A DNA stretch of 44,221 nucleotides, from the NCBI GenBank assembly GCA_021782795.1, contig JAJXUP010000001.1:1-44221 (forward strand). The letters run 5' to 3'. Positions 12,938-22,239 of the stretch are shown here, piece after piece; within the stretch, counting starts at the first letter, position 1, and every line of letters begins with the position of its first letter. Source of the DNA: Pseudomonadota bacterium. Its GTDB lineage: Bacteria > Pseudomonadota > Gammaproteobacteria > Burkholderiales > Sulfuriferulaceae. The notes below the pieces were generated by a model. That model saw only the letters and a list, made by a program, of their open reading frames with translations. It was not told the DNA's origin and searched no databases. Position numbers and translations under genes: made by a program.

Positions 12938-13339
12938 ATGAGATTGACGTTGGTGTATGCGATTGTCGCATCAATTGCCATGATGGCCAACCTGGCCGCG
13001 CAACAGCTTGTGCTGACGCTGACCGGCGGTGCGCTGCGGCTGGTGTGGCCGGTGGCGGTCGGCACCGGGGTCGGGTTGCTGGTCAAATATGTGCTCGACA
13101 AGCGTTTCGTGTTCTGTTTCCGTGCAGCCGGTATCGGTCACGATGCGCGGCTGTTCGTGCTCTACGCCGGCCTGGGGCTGGTGACCACGCTGGTCTTCTG
13201 GGGGTTTGAGTTTGGTTTCCAGTGGTGGTTCGGTACCGCCGCGATGCGTTATGCCGGGGCAACGCTGGGACTGGCGCTGGGATATCTTGCCAAGTTTCAT
13301 CTCGACCGGCGCTTCGTGTTCTGCGGGACGCAGTCATGA
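12938..13339 (+). CDS. GtrA-family lipid-linked sugar translocase (Rv3789-like)
   Basis: Small 4-TM protein with two KYxLD[KR]RFVF-type repeats and FWGFE; coupled to the DprE1-like gene. Confidence 0.85.
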   Translation: MRLTLVYAIVASIAMMANLAAQQLVLTLTGGALRLVWPVAVGTGVGLLVKYVLDKRFVFCFRAAGIGHDARLFVLYAGLGLVTTLVFWGFEFGFQWWFGTAAMRYAGATLGLALGYLAKFHLDRRFVFCGTQS

Positions 13340-14634
13340 AGGGCGTGTATTCCTGGGGCCGGCTCGCACTCGAGCCGCACCGGGTGATCGACCTGCACGA
13401 TCCGGCTGAGCTGGCTGCGCAGCTTGAACACAATCGCCCCGGTATCGCGTATGGTCTTGGCCGCAGTTATGGCGATGCCTGTCTGGCGCCTGGCGATACG
13501 CTGTGGCGTACTCCGGGACTGGGGCGTCTGATTGCGTTCGATGCGCAGACTGGCGTGCTGCACTGCGAGGCAGGCGTGACCCTGCGCGAGATTCAGCGTC
13601 TGTTCATGCCGCGCGGCTGGATGCTGCCGGTGACTCCGGGAACCCAGTGGGTTACAGTGGGCGGGGCGATTGCCAATGACGTGCATGGCAAGAACCACCA
13701 CCGTTTCGGTTCGTTCGGCGATCATGTGCGTGCGCTGCGCCTGCTGCGTACCGATGGCCAGCAGATCGAGTGCGGACCGCGGCAGGAGCCGGGCTGGTTT
13801 GCAGCGACGCTGGGCGGCATAGGCCTGACCGGGCTGATCGTCTCGGCCAGCCTGCAGTTGCGCCGCATCGACAGTCCGTGGCTGACGGTGCAGACGCTGC
13901 CGTATGCCAGCCTGGAGGAGTTTTTTGCCCTGTCCGATGCATCGGAGATGGACTGGGAGCATACAGTGTCATGGATCGACTGCTTCAGTCGTGGCGGCCG
14001 GGGAATCTTCATGCGGGCCAACCCGGCACCGGCTGGCCTCGCTGCGCCGGCACCGGGGCGCGAAAAACGCGTGCCGTGGACGCCGCCATTGTCGCTGGTG
14101 AACCGCTGGAGCCTGCCAGCGTTCAATCTTGCCTATTATGCCTTGCAGCGGCGCCATGTGGGCCGGGAACGACAGGTGGCGCACGAACCGTTTTCCTGTC
14201 CGCTCGATCAGGTGCAGGAATGGAATCGTCTCTATGGCCCGCACGGTTTCTACCAGTACCAGAGTGTGGTGCCACGGCGCGATGCGCAGGCGGCGCTGGC
14301 TGCCATGCTTGACGCAATCGCCCGCTCCGGTGAAGGATCGTTTCTGGCGGTGCTGAAAACCTTCGGTGAACGGCGTTCGCTCGGCATGCTGGGTTTCCCG
14401 CAGCCGGGAGTGACGCTGGCGCTGGATTTTCCCAATCGCGGCGCGCGCACGCACCGGTTGTTTGCCAGCCTGGACGCCATTGTGCGTGAGGCAGGCGGCA
14501 AACTCTATCTGGCCAAGGATGCACGCATGCCGCGCGCACTGTTCGAGGCGGGATATCCCGAACTGAATGGGTTCCAGTCCTGGCGCGATCATGGCATGCG
14601 CTCGTCGATGTCGCGTCGCCTGATGGGAGACTGA
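13336..14634 (+). CDS. FAD-binding oxidoreductase, DprE1-like (polyprenyl-phosphoribose 2'-oxidase)
   Basis: GLGRSYGD, PVTPGTQWVTVGGAIANDVHGKNHH..GSFG, GFYQYQ, LAVLKTFG, LALDF, YLAKDARM. Confidence 0.9.
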   Translation: MKGVYSWGRLALEPHRVIDLHDPAELAAQLEHNRPGIAYGLGRSYGDACLAPGDTLWRTPGLGRLIAFDAQTGVLHCEAGVTLREIQRLFMPRGWMLPVTPGTQWVTVGGAIANDVHGKNHHRFGSFGDHVRALRLLRTDGQQIECGPRQEPGWFAATLGGIGLTGLIVSASLQLRRIDSPWLTVQTLPYASLEEFFALSDASEMDWEHTVSWIDCFSRGGRGIFMRANPAPAGLAAPAPGREKRVPWTPPLSLVNRWSLPAFNLAYYALQRRHVGRERQVAHEPFSCPLDQVQEWNRLYGPHGFYQYQSVVPRRDAQAALAAMLDAIARSGEGSFLAVLKTFGERRSLGMLGFPQPGVTLALDFPNRGARTHRLFASLDAIVREAGGKLYLAKDARMPRALFEAGYPELNGFQSWRDHGMRSSMSRRLMGD

Positions 14635-14675
14635 TTCGTGGCAGCAGGTTGCTGTCACGTCGAGAAAGGCGGAAC

Positions 14676-15416
14676 ATGAAACATATCGTGATCGTGGGGG
14701 CGACATCGGCCATTGCCGAACAGTGTGCCCGTCTGTGGCTGGTGCAGGAGCCGGCCCGGCTGGTATTGCTGGCGCGCGATGCCGGGCGGGTGGCGAGGCT
14801 GGCGACGGATTTGCGTGTACGCCATCCGCAAGCTGCGATTGAGACAGTGGCGGCGGATTTCGATGATGCACAGGCCATTGCTGCCCAGGTGGCGGCAATC
14901 GTTGCGCACGCGCCCGTCGATATCGTGCTTATCGCGCATGGCTGGCTGCCCGATCAGACCGGCTGTCAGCAGGATATCGCCTGCTGCCGCCAGGCACTGC
15001 TGATTAACGGTGTGTCGCCGCTATTGTACGCAGAGGCGTTTGCCCAGCACATGGAGCGGGCCGGGCATGGGCGGCTGGCGCTGATTGGCTCGGTGGCCGG
15101 CGATCGCGGACGCAAGTCGAACTACATTTATGGTGCTGCCAAGGGCATGGTCGCCCGTTACGCAGAAGGCCTGCAGCACCGGTTTGCCGCCAGCGGTGTC
15201 AGGGTGGTGCTGGTCAAGCCCGGGCCGACCGCCACGCCGATGACGGCTCACATGCCCGGGCAGGGCAGCATGGCCAGTGCTGCCGAGGTGGCCCTGCGCA
15301 TCGTGCGTGGTGTTGAACGGGGTCAGGCCGTGGTGTATGCGCCGCCACGCTGGCGAGTCATCATGTGGGTGATCCGGCATTTGCCAGCCGTGGTGTTCAA
15401 CCGGCTCGATATCTGA
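14676..15416 (+). CDS. SDR oxidoreductase, DprE2-like
   Basis: IVGATSAIA, SVAGDRGRKSNYIYGAAK (YxxxK), VKPGP..TPMT; follows the DprE1-like gene. Confidence 0.87.
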   Translation: MKHIVIVGATSAIAEQCARLWLVQEPARLVLLARDAGRVARLATDLRVRHPQAAIETVAADFDDAQAIAAQVAAIVAHAPVDIVLIAHGWLPDQTGCQQDIACCRQALLINGVSPLLYAEAFAQHMERAGHGRLALIGSVAGDRGRKSNYIYGAAKGMVARYAEGLQHRFAASGVRVVLVKPGPTATPMTAHMPGQGSMASAAEVALRIVRGVERGQAVVYAPPRWRVIMWVIRHLPAVVFNRLDI

Positions 15417-15427
15417 GCGTCGCCCGG

Positions 15428-16318
15428 TCAGGGGCTACGCTTGTCGCGGAAGAAGTGCCACAGCGTGTCGGTCGCATCGAGCGCATGGCTGGGAGGGTCG
15501 GGCCTGAACAGACGGGCGGTCAGGCCGCCCAGCGGCGTGGCGCCGGGCCACTGGTGGCCTGCACCGTCAATGGTGATCAGCACCACCTGCATGTCGTCGG
15601 CGCATGCGGCGCTGTCGGTGACTACCGTGCCGTTGCGGGTGTCGGTCGGCGCAGCGCACTGGTCAAGAACGCGGAACCGTTCGATGCCCTGGCGTACCGG
15701 TTTCCAGATGATGTGACTCAGGGCTTTGGGGCCTTCGCCGCCGTCCATCGGGATGTTCTGGTCCGCCAGTCCGTGAATTTCCATGACCGATACTGGTGCA
15801 GGATTGGCGCACAGATCAGTCAGTTCTCCGGAGACCGATCCGATGGCGGCAAGCGGAAACGGGCTGTCGCAGGCATAGCGCCATGCCATGGCGGCGCCAT
15901 TGGAGAAACCACTGACGTAGACACGGTGCGGATCGACATGCTGCGTGTGGATGAGTGTTTCGATGATGGCAGTGATGAACCCGCTGTCATCGATATGGTT
16001 GCGCAGCGCCGGGCCACAACATGCTCCACCGGCATTCCAGCTGTTTCCGAGGCTTTCCGGGTAAGCGACGATGAATCCATAGGCATCGGCCTCACGGTCC
16101 CAGTGTAACGTGCGCTCGGCCTGTCTTGCCGAACCCAGACGGCCATGCAGTACGACTACCAGTGGTGCGGCCTGATCCTGTGCCAGACCGGGCGGTCGGT
16201 AGACCAGGTAGCTGCGGTCGCGGGAACCGATGTGGAGGGTATACGTTTCACCGGCCAGTGCGGCAAGCGAAATCAGGCATAGCATCAGTGTCAGCAGAGG
16301 GCGCGCAAGGCAAGACAT
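15428..16318 (-). CDS. Secreted alpha/beta-hydrolase, PHB depolymerase/LpqP-like esterase
   Basis: Signal-peptide-like N-terminus; LVVVLHG, WNAGGACCG, GFSNG nucleophile elbow, HG.AD..IP, GHQWPG. Start uncertain (16318 or up to 16378). Confidence 0.82.
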   Translation of the reverse strand: MSCLARPLLTLMLCLISLAALAGETYTLHIGSRDRSYLVYRPPGLAQDQAAPLVVVLHGRLGSARQAERTLHWDREADAYGFIVAYPESLGNSWNAGGACCGPALRNHIDDSGFITAIIETLIHTQHVDPHRVYVSGFSNGAAMAWRYACDSPFPLAAIGSVSGELTDLCANPAPVSVMEIHGLADQNIPMDGGEGPKALSHIIWKPVRQGIERFRVLDQCAAPTDTRNGTVVTDSAACADDMQVVLITIDGAGHQWPGATPLGGLTARLFRPDPPSHALDATDTLWHFFRDKRSP

Positions 16319-16425
16319 GCGGAATCCTGTGGCGATGACGGGTGTGCCTAGCATAGGGGAACTGGCAGGATGAAACAAGCGTACGGTTGTGGCGAAAGCC
16401 TCTGGCGCGCGCAGAGGGCCCTGGG

Positions 16426-16806
16426 TCAGGCAGCCTGCAGCGGGATATGACGGCGCTGGTCGATGATGCGGTTGTCTGCATCGACGTAGACCAGTCGCGG
16501 CGCAAACTCGTTGAGTTCGTGTTCGTCAAGCCGGGCATAGGCGGCAATGATGAGCAGGTCGCCGGGGTTGGCTTTGTGTGCGGCTGCGCCGTTGACCGAA
16601 ATGATGCCGGAATCGCGTGCTGCGCGGATCGCATAGGTGGTGAAGCGTTCACCGTTGCTCACGTTGTAGATGTCGATTTGCTGGTATTCACGCATGCCCG
16701 CCGCGTCAAGCAGGGTCTCGTCGATGGCACACGAACCTTCGTAATGCAGCTCGGAGCGGGTGACGCGCACGCGGTGAAGTTTTGAAAACAGCATGGTGAT
16801 CTGCAT
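16426..16806 (-). CDS. panD: Aspartate 1-decarboxylase
   Basis: [19 protein letters not shown] (G-S self-cleavage site), [24 protein letters not shown]. Confidence 0.97.
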   Translation of the reverse strand: MQITMLFSKLHRVRVTRSELHYEGSCAIDETLLDAAGMREYQQIDIYNVSNGERFTTYAIRAARDSGIISVNGAAAHKANPGDLLIIAAYARLDEHELNEFAPRLVYVDADNRIIDQRRHIPLQAA

Positions 16807-16915
16807 GATGGCAAATTCCGGTGATGTTTGCCGTTATCGTGTCGATGCAGGGCATGCAACAGCGATTCCCGGCGCGTGCGACAGGCGAATGCTACGTGCC
16901 TGCCCATGAGGGTGT

Positions 16916-16992
16916 TGGCGGAGTGGACGGGGCTCGAACCCGCGACCCCCGGCGTGACAGGCCGGTATTCTGACCAACTGAACTACCACTCC
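16916..16992 (-). tRNA. tRNA-Asp (GTC)
   Basis: Reverse complement GGAGTGGTAGTTCAGTTGGTCAGAATACCGGCCTGTCACGCCGGGGGTCGCGGGTTCGAGCCCCGTCCACTCCGCCA; 77 nt cloverleaf, anticodon GTC, encoded CCA. Confidence 0.97.
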
Positions 16993-17045
16993 TGCATGCA
17001 TTCCGTTCGGCGCATGGCGCGAGGCTGGTGCCCGCGCAGTAAATC

Positions 17046-17121
17046 TGGCGTCCCCAACGAGATTCGAACTCGTGTTATCGCCGTGAAAGGGCGGTGTCCT
17101 AGGCCTCTAGACGATGGGGAC
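17046..17121 (-). tRNA. tRNA-Glu (TTC)
   Basis: Reverse complement GTCCCCATCGTCTAGAGGCCTAGGACACCGCCCTTTCACGGCGATAACACGAGTTCGAATCTCGTTGGGGACGCCA; 76 nt, anticodon TTC, encoded CCA. Confidence 0.96.
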
Positions 17122-17197
17122 AATGCAATTTGACTGCCGTCAGAACTGCAACGGTTGCAATACGGCTGCAAGGTCAGTCAAATTTCATAAGCTGCGC

Positions 17198-17226
17198 ATT
17201 GTAGCAGCGATTTATCGTTTTGAGAA
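17198..17226 (-). promoter_or_regulatory. Putative sigma70 promoter of the tRNA-Glu/tRNA-Asp unit
   Basis: On the minus strand: TTCTCA, 17 nt spacer ending TGC (extended -10), TACAAT, then GC-rich GCGCAGC discriminator, about 75 nt upstream of tRNA-Glu. Confidence 0.6.
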
Positions 17227-17403
17227 TAGGGTGATGACAACACCGGTGAGCAGACCGAGAAAACTGGCCGGTACCATGGCCAGCCAGATGCTGTTTTCTC
17301 CGTAGACGACGAGATCGCGGAAACCCATCACCAGACCGACCACGCAGGCGATGATGCTGATCCAGTTCACGGCGACGCCGATTTTGTGCATGTGCAGGCT
17401 CAC
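17212..17403 (-). CDS. Small two-TM membrane protein of unknown function
   Basis: About 60 aa with two hydrophobic helices ([15 protein letters not shown]; [22 protein letters not shown]) and a basic C-terminus; fills an otherwise empty interval. Confidence 0.6.
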   Translation of the reverse strand: MSLHMHKIGVAVNWISIIACVVGLVMGFRDLVVYGENSIWLAMVPASFLGLLTGVVITLFSKR

Positions 17404-17721
17404 ATTAAAAGTTTAGTCGGGCAGCGATTTGCATGCTGCGGGGGCGCTTCCGGTGACCTCGCCAGTTGCGGGCGGGATGGCCGTAAACCATTTTCCTCTG
17501 TTCCGGCCGGTTGTATCCACTTTTTTGTGGCAGGGCAAGATCCTCCGGGTACAGAATGTCAGGAGAATGCTGCGCTGGACCGGCTTGACGCGGCTGGTGG
17601 CTGGACAGCGCCAGTGAACGCAAGTATTGTACTTGTCTGTCATGTGTTTTGTGAAGCATTGGTGTGCCCGACAAAATACAGTGCGACCAAGACCAACAGA
17701 CTGGAATCGGGAGAATCCGGC

Positions 17722-18165
17722 ATGAGCTTCGTGAGTGAATTCAAGGAATTTGCAGTCAAGGGCAATGTGATCGACCTGGCCGTGGGTGTGGTCATCGGCG
17801 GCGGTTTCGGCAAGATCGTCGACTCGCTGGTCAAGGATGTGGTGATGCCGGTGGTGGGCTGGCTGGTTGGCGGGGTCGATTTCAAGGACCTTTATTTCAG
17901 TCTTGACCGGCAATCGTACGCCACGCTGGCCGCAGCGGAGAAATCAGGTGCGCCCGTTGTGCGTTATGGGTTGTTCGTCAACAGCGTGGTCGATTTTTTC
18001 ATCATCGCGCTGGTCATATTTTCGGTCATCAAACTGATCAACCGCCTCAAGCGTCCGCCGGCACCTGCCCCTGTGGCCGAACCGCCGACGCCGGAGGATA
18101 TCCTGTTGCTGCGAGACATCCGCGACAGCCTGCGCAGGCAGGGTGGACATGGAACCGGAAGCTGA
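17722..18165 (+). CDS. mscL: Large-conductance mechanosensitive channel
   Basis: [42 protein letters not shown]...[14 protein letters not shown]; GGAG upstream of ATG 17722. Confidence 0.97.
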   Translation: MSFVSEFKEFAVKGNVIDLAVGVVIGGGFGKIVDSLVKDVVMPVVGWLVGGVDFKDLYFSLDRQSYATLAAAEKSGAPVVRYGLFVNSVVDFFIIALVIFSVIKLINRLKRPPAPAPVAEPPTPEDILLLRDIRDSLRRQGGHGTGS

Positions 18166-19480
18166 CCGCCGCCCTGGCGTTGCGCCGGTTGTGGACCATG
18201 GTTATCAACGCGGTATCCGTGTCAATCTGCACCAGTTTCTGCAACATGGACTGCAACTGTTTTTTGTCGGTCTGATGATCGGTATGGAGCGCAACGTGTT
18301 GCCGCTCATTAGCCGGGAATTCGGCGTGGCAAAAGGCTCGTTTCTGTACCTCATGGCGTTCGTCGTGTCGTTTGGACTGGTCAAGGCGGTGCTGAATTTT
18401 GTTGCCAGCCATCTTTCCGAGCGTATCGGCCGCAAACGGGTATTGCTGATCGGCTGGCTGGCTGCATTGCCGATCCCGTTTCTGATCCTGTATGGACACA
18501 GCTGGATGTGGGTGGTGGTGGCGAATGTGTTTCTTGGCCTCAATCAGGGGTTGGCCTGGACCATGGCGGTGACCAGCAATGTTGACCTGTCGCGTGCCAG
18601 TCAGCGCGGGTTTGCCACTGGTTTCAACGAGTTTGCCGGTTATGCCGCAGTCGGACTGGGCGGCATGGTGATCGGCTATGGTGCTGCGCTGTTTGGCCCG
18701 CGCCTCGCCCTGTTCTGGTTTGCCTTGTCGGTGACGCTGCTGGCGGGCATGCTGGGCAAGATTTTCCTGCGCGACACATTGCCGTGGGCGCGGGCCGAGC
18801 ACCAGGAATTTGCCAGTGGCCGGGCGGTCGAGCACATGCCGCGCTTTCCTGTCGAGCTGGGTGCGAATGCGCGCGCACGCGATGTATTTCTGCTGGTCTC
18901 GTTTCGTCATCCGACGTTCAGCGCATTTTGTCAGGCCGGAACGGTCAACAAGATCGCCGATTCGCTGCTGTGGGTGCTGTTCCCGCTGTATCTGCATGAG
19001 CGCGGCCTCGATGCGGTGCATATTGGCTGGGTGGTGGCGGTATACGGGCTGATATGGGGCGTATTCCAGCTGTTTACCGGGGCCATGTCTGACTGGATCG
19101 GACGGCGCAACATGATCATCGCCGGGCAGTGGGTGCTGGCCCTTGGCGTGATGATGGTGCTGCAATTTCAGGGTCTGGCCTGGTGGCTGGCTGCGGCTGC
19201 CGTCATGGGACTGGGCATGGCGCTGGGTTACGCCAATCTCATTGCGGCGGTGGCGGACATTTCACGGCCGGGCTGGCGCAGCCTGGCGCTGGGCGCCTAC
19301 CGGTTCTGGCGCGACATCGGTTATGTGTTTGGTGGTGTGCTGCTCGGGGCGGTGGCGCAGTCCGGTGCCCGGCTGGAACCGGCATTCTGGTTGACTGCGA
19401 GTCTGCTCGTGGTGTCCGGAGGCGTAGTGTTGTGGCGTGCCGAGGAAACGCATCCGCGTCTGAATCCGGCATTGCCGTGA
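18149..19480 (+). CDS. MFS transporter
   Basis: About 12 TM segments; motif A-like LSERIGRK and MSDWIGRR; [23 protein letters not shown]. Confidence 0.9.
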   Translation: MEPEADRRPGVAPVVDHGYQRGIRVNLHQFLQHGLQLFFVGLMIGMERNVLPLISREFGVAKGSFLYLMAFVVSFGLVKAVLNFVASHLSERIGRKRVLLIGWLAALPIPFLILYGHSWMWVVVANVFLGLNQGLAWTMAVTSNVDLSRASQRGFATGFNEFAGYAAVGLGGMVIGYGAALFGPRLALFWFALSVTLLAGMLGKIFLRDTLPWARAEHQEFASGRAVEHMPRFPVELGANARARDVFLLVSFRHPTFSAFCQAGTVNKIADSLLWVLFPLYLHERGLDAVHIGWVVAVYGLIWGVFQLFTGAMSDWIGRRNMIIAGQWVLALGVMMVLQFQGLAWWLAAAAVMGLGMALGYANLIAAVADISRPGWRSLALGAYRFWRDIGYVFGGVLLGAVAQSGARLEPAFWLTASLLVVSGGVVLWRAEETHPRLNPALP

Positions 19481-19496
19481 ATTGTGGCTGGAGTGA

Positions 19497-21050
19497 ATGA
19501 TGTCGGGGATGATGGAGTTGTATGATGATGGGCGCGAGCCGTCGCGTTCGGCGCGGCTGTTGGCACAGGTGCAGGCCAATCCGGCGCTTCCCGCGCTGGG
19601 CAGCGCCGTGGTGCAGGTGGTACAGATTGCTTCGGGGGATGATGATGCGGTGCAGAAACTGTCGCATTTTATCCTCTCGGATGTTTCGCTGACACAAAAG
19701 GTGCTCAGCGCTGCCAACACAGTGGAGTACCGCACCCAGTCCCGACCGCAGGTCACTACGGTATCGCGGGCGATTTTCCTGCTGGGGTTCGATGCGGTAA
19801 AGACCATTGCGCTGGCCATGTTGCTGGTGGAAGGGTTGACCGGAGCGGCGGCGCAGCTTGCGCGCCAGGAATTGCAGCAGGCGCTGGCTGCCAGCCTGAC
19901 AGGGCGCGAACTGGCGAAACGCAGTGGACGCCGCGATGGCGAGGAAGCCGCCATTGTCGCCCTGTTCAAGAATTTTGGTCGATTGCTGGTGGCGGTCCAC
20001 GATCCTCGCGGTTATCAGGAGATCATGGCGCAATCGGCCGAAGCCGACCCGTCTGCGGTCGCGATCCGTGTCCTCGGTTGCGGCTTCGACACGCTGGCAG
20101 AAGCCGTGCTGCGGGACTGGCAGATCCCGGGCACGATCATCCAGGCGCTGGCGCCGCTGCCGTCGGGCGTATTGCGCCGGCCCAGCGGTGAACAGGAATG
20201 GCTGCAGCACGTGGGCGGCTTCAGCGCGGAACTGGCCAGCCGCCTGTTCAGCAGCACACCGGGAGACCTGGCTGTTCGGCAGCGCCAGTTGCTCGGTCGC
20301 TATGGCGCGGCGCTGCAACTCGATGCGCGGGCGCTGGACGAACTGGCCCGCTACGTGGCGCAGGAAGCGACTGCGCTGGCGTACAGCATTGACCCTGCCG
20401 GGTTGGCCGCGCCGAAGGGGGATGGCGGGGCAACAACCCCGGAGACGACGGATCTTCATGAATTCCTGTTGACGCCGCACACCGGCGATGCAGCCGAGAT
20501 ACACCCGGAACCGGAGTGCTATCCGAGCGGCAAGCCGCTGCATGCGAATGACCTGCTGCTGGCCGGAGTGCAGGACATCACCGAGGCGCTTGCCGCAGGC
20601 AAGGTGTCGCGCGAGGCATTGATGATGCTGTTCGCCGAAGTGCTGCTGGGTGCGATGGGGTTTCGTTTCGTCGCCGTGTGCGTGAAACAGCCGGGGGTGC
20701 AGCAGTTTCATGCGCAGGTTGCCGTCGGTGAGAACGGCATGGCGCGGCGCAATGGTTTCGTGCTGCCGGTGGCCGGCGGAAACGACCTGTTTCATCTGGC
20801 CATGCAGAACAACGTCGATATTACCATCAGCGATGCCAGTCAGCCCAATGTGCGAGCACTGCTGCCAGGGGCGTGCGCTGCGCTGACCGCTGGCGCGTTG
20901 AGCCTGGTGATCCTGCCGTTGATACTGGGCGGACGGCCATTCGGTTTCATTTACGCCGACCGGGCACGGGTGGCACCCGAAGGCGTGTCGGCCGGGGAGG
21001 CTGCGCTGATGAAAACACTCAAGGCACAATTGCTGGCGCGGCTGGCATGA
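19497..21050 (+). CDS. HDOD-domain protein with C-terminal GAF-like domain
   Basis: LPAL...ILSDVSLTQKVLSAANT...VTTVSRAIFLLGF (HDOD); LFKNFGRLL; C-terminal ILPLILGGRPFGFIYAD (GAF-like). Confidence 0.85.
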   Translation: MMSGMMELYDDGREPSRSARLLAQVQANPALPALGSAVVQVVQIASGDDDAVQKLSHFILSDVSLTQKVLSAANTVEYRTQSRPQVTTVSRAIFLLGFDAVKTIALAMLLVEGLTGAAAQLARQELQQALAASLTGRELAKRSGRRDGEEAAIVALFKNFGRLLVAVHDPRGYQEIMAQSAEADPSAVAIRVLGCGFDTLAEAVLRDWQIPGTIIQALAPLPSGVLRRPSGEQEWLQHVGGFSAELASRLFSSTPGDLAVRQRQLLGRYGAALQLDARALDELARYVAQEATALAYSIDPAGLAAPKGDGGATTPETTDLHEFLLTPHTGDAAEIHPEPECYPSGKPLHANDLLLAGVQDITEALAAGKVSREALMMLFAEVLLGAMGFRFVAVCVKQPGVQQFHAQVAVGENGMARRNGFVLPVAGGNDLFHLAMQNNVDITISDASQPNVRALLPGACAALTAGALSLVILPLILGGRPFGFIYADRARVAPEGVSAGEAALMKTLKAQLLARLA

Positions 21051-21096
21051 GTCGTGTGTCAGGCATACTGAACTTTTTCGGGCAGGAAGCGGTAAT

Positions 21097-22239
21097 ATGG
21101 ACAGGGAAATCGACAGCGGGCAATCCATGAACATTCTGCTGGTTGGTGAACCGGCAGTGGAACTGTCGCAGTTGGCGGAAGGGTTGTCGCAATTGGGACA
21201 TCGTGTGACGCATCAGTACGGTGCGGCCGATCCCTGCGCGATCGAGCCAATGCCGCAGGTGGTGCTGCTTGCGCCAGAGTCCGTGAGTCTGAAGACGGTG
21301 TCCTGCCTGGCGGGGTGTTCGCAGATGCTGGACGTGCCGCTGTTGCTGCTTGGTCAGCACGGCGACGAGACGTTGTTATCCGGATTGCGTACCTGGGATG
21401 TGGCTCCCCTGTCGTCCGATCCGGCCGTGCTCGATTGCCATATCCGCATGCTGGTCAGGATTGGCGCACTGAAACGGCGTGTGCGCGAACTGGAGAAACA
21501 GCTGGACAGTCAGTGTGCGCCCGTCGAAAGCATGGCGGAGGTCGTGGCGGGCGGGATGTCCGGCCGCTGGTGCAGTTACGAACTGCTGGTCGAACTGACC
21601 GTGCGGCGTGAACAGGCGCGTGAGGAGGAGCGCAGGCGCATTGCCCGTGATCTGCACGATGAAATGGGACAGGTGCTGACGGCGTTGCGCATGGACATGT
21701 CGCTGCTGCGCTTGCGTCACGGGCATCAGGACGAGAGCCTGCTGCAACAGATCCAGCAGGCCATGAAACGGGTGGATTCGATCATCCAGGTGGTGCGCAA
21801 TGTAGCAAGAAAATTGCGTCCTGCCGTGCTTGACATGGGTATTGCCGCGGCCTTGCAATGGCAGGCGGAACATTTTTCGCGCCAGAGCGGCATCGTGAGC
21901 GAAGTGGAGATTGCCACGGGTGATTTCGCGCTGGACAATGAACGCGCCACGGCGCTGTACCGCATCGTGCAGGAATCACTGACCAACGTGGCGCGCCATT
22001 CGCGGGCGGATCGGGTGTGCATCAGTCTTGGCCTGTCGGATGACGGTTATGAACTCAATGTGAGCGACAACGGCATTGGATTCGATCCCACGGATCGCAG
22101 TCGCAAGACTTTCGGCCTGATGGGGATTCGTGAACGGGTGCTGTTGCTGGAAGGTGAACTGTCGATCCGCAGCCAGCTCAACCAGGGCACCCATCTGCGC
22201 CTGCGTATTCCGGCCACCCGTTCGGGGAGCACGGCATGA
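21097..22239 (+). CDS. Cytoplasmic HisKA_3 sensor kinase with a degenerate N-terminal receiver-like domain
   Basis: EEERRRIARDLHDEMGQ (H-box), QESLTNVARH (N), DNGIGF (G1), FGLMGIRER (G2); no TM segment. Confidence 0.9.
   Translation: MDREIDSGQSMNILLVGEPAVELSQLAEGLSQLGHRVTHQYGAADPCAIEPMPQVVLLAPESVSLKTVSCLAGCSQMLDVPLLLLGQHGDETLLSGLRTWDVAPLSSDPAVLDCHIRMLVRIGALKRRVRELEKQLDSQCAPVESMAEVVAGGMSGRWCSYELLVELTVRREQAREEERRRIARDLHDEMGQVLTALRMDMSLLRLRHGHQDESLLQQIQQAMKRVDSIIQVVRNVARKLRPAVLDMGIAAALQWQAEHFSRQSGIVSEVEIATGDFALDNERATALYRIVQESLTNVARHSRADRVCISLGLSDDGYELNVSDNGIGFDPTDRSRKTFGLMGIRERVLLLEGELSIRSQLNQGTHLRLRIPATRSGSTA

Noticed and set aside
16807-17211. tRNA pair as an island integration site
   Set aside because: No integrase, transposase or convincing direct repeat nearby; panD follows directly.
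19239-21134. 631-aa minus-strand ORF
   Set aside because: Antisense to the HDOD gene; no domain signature.
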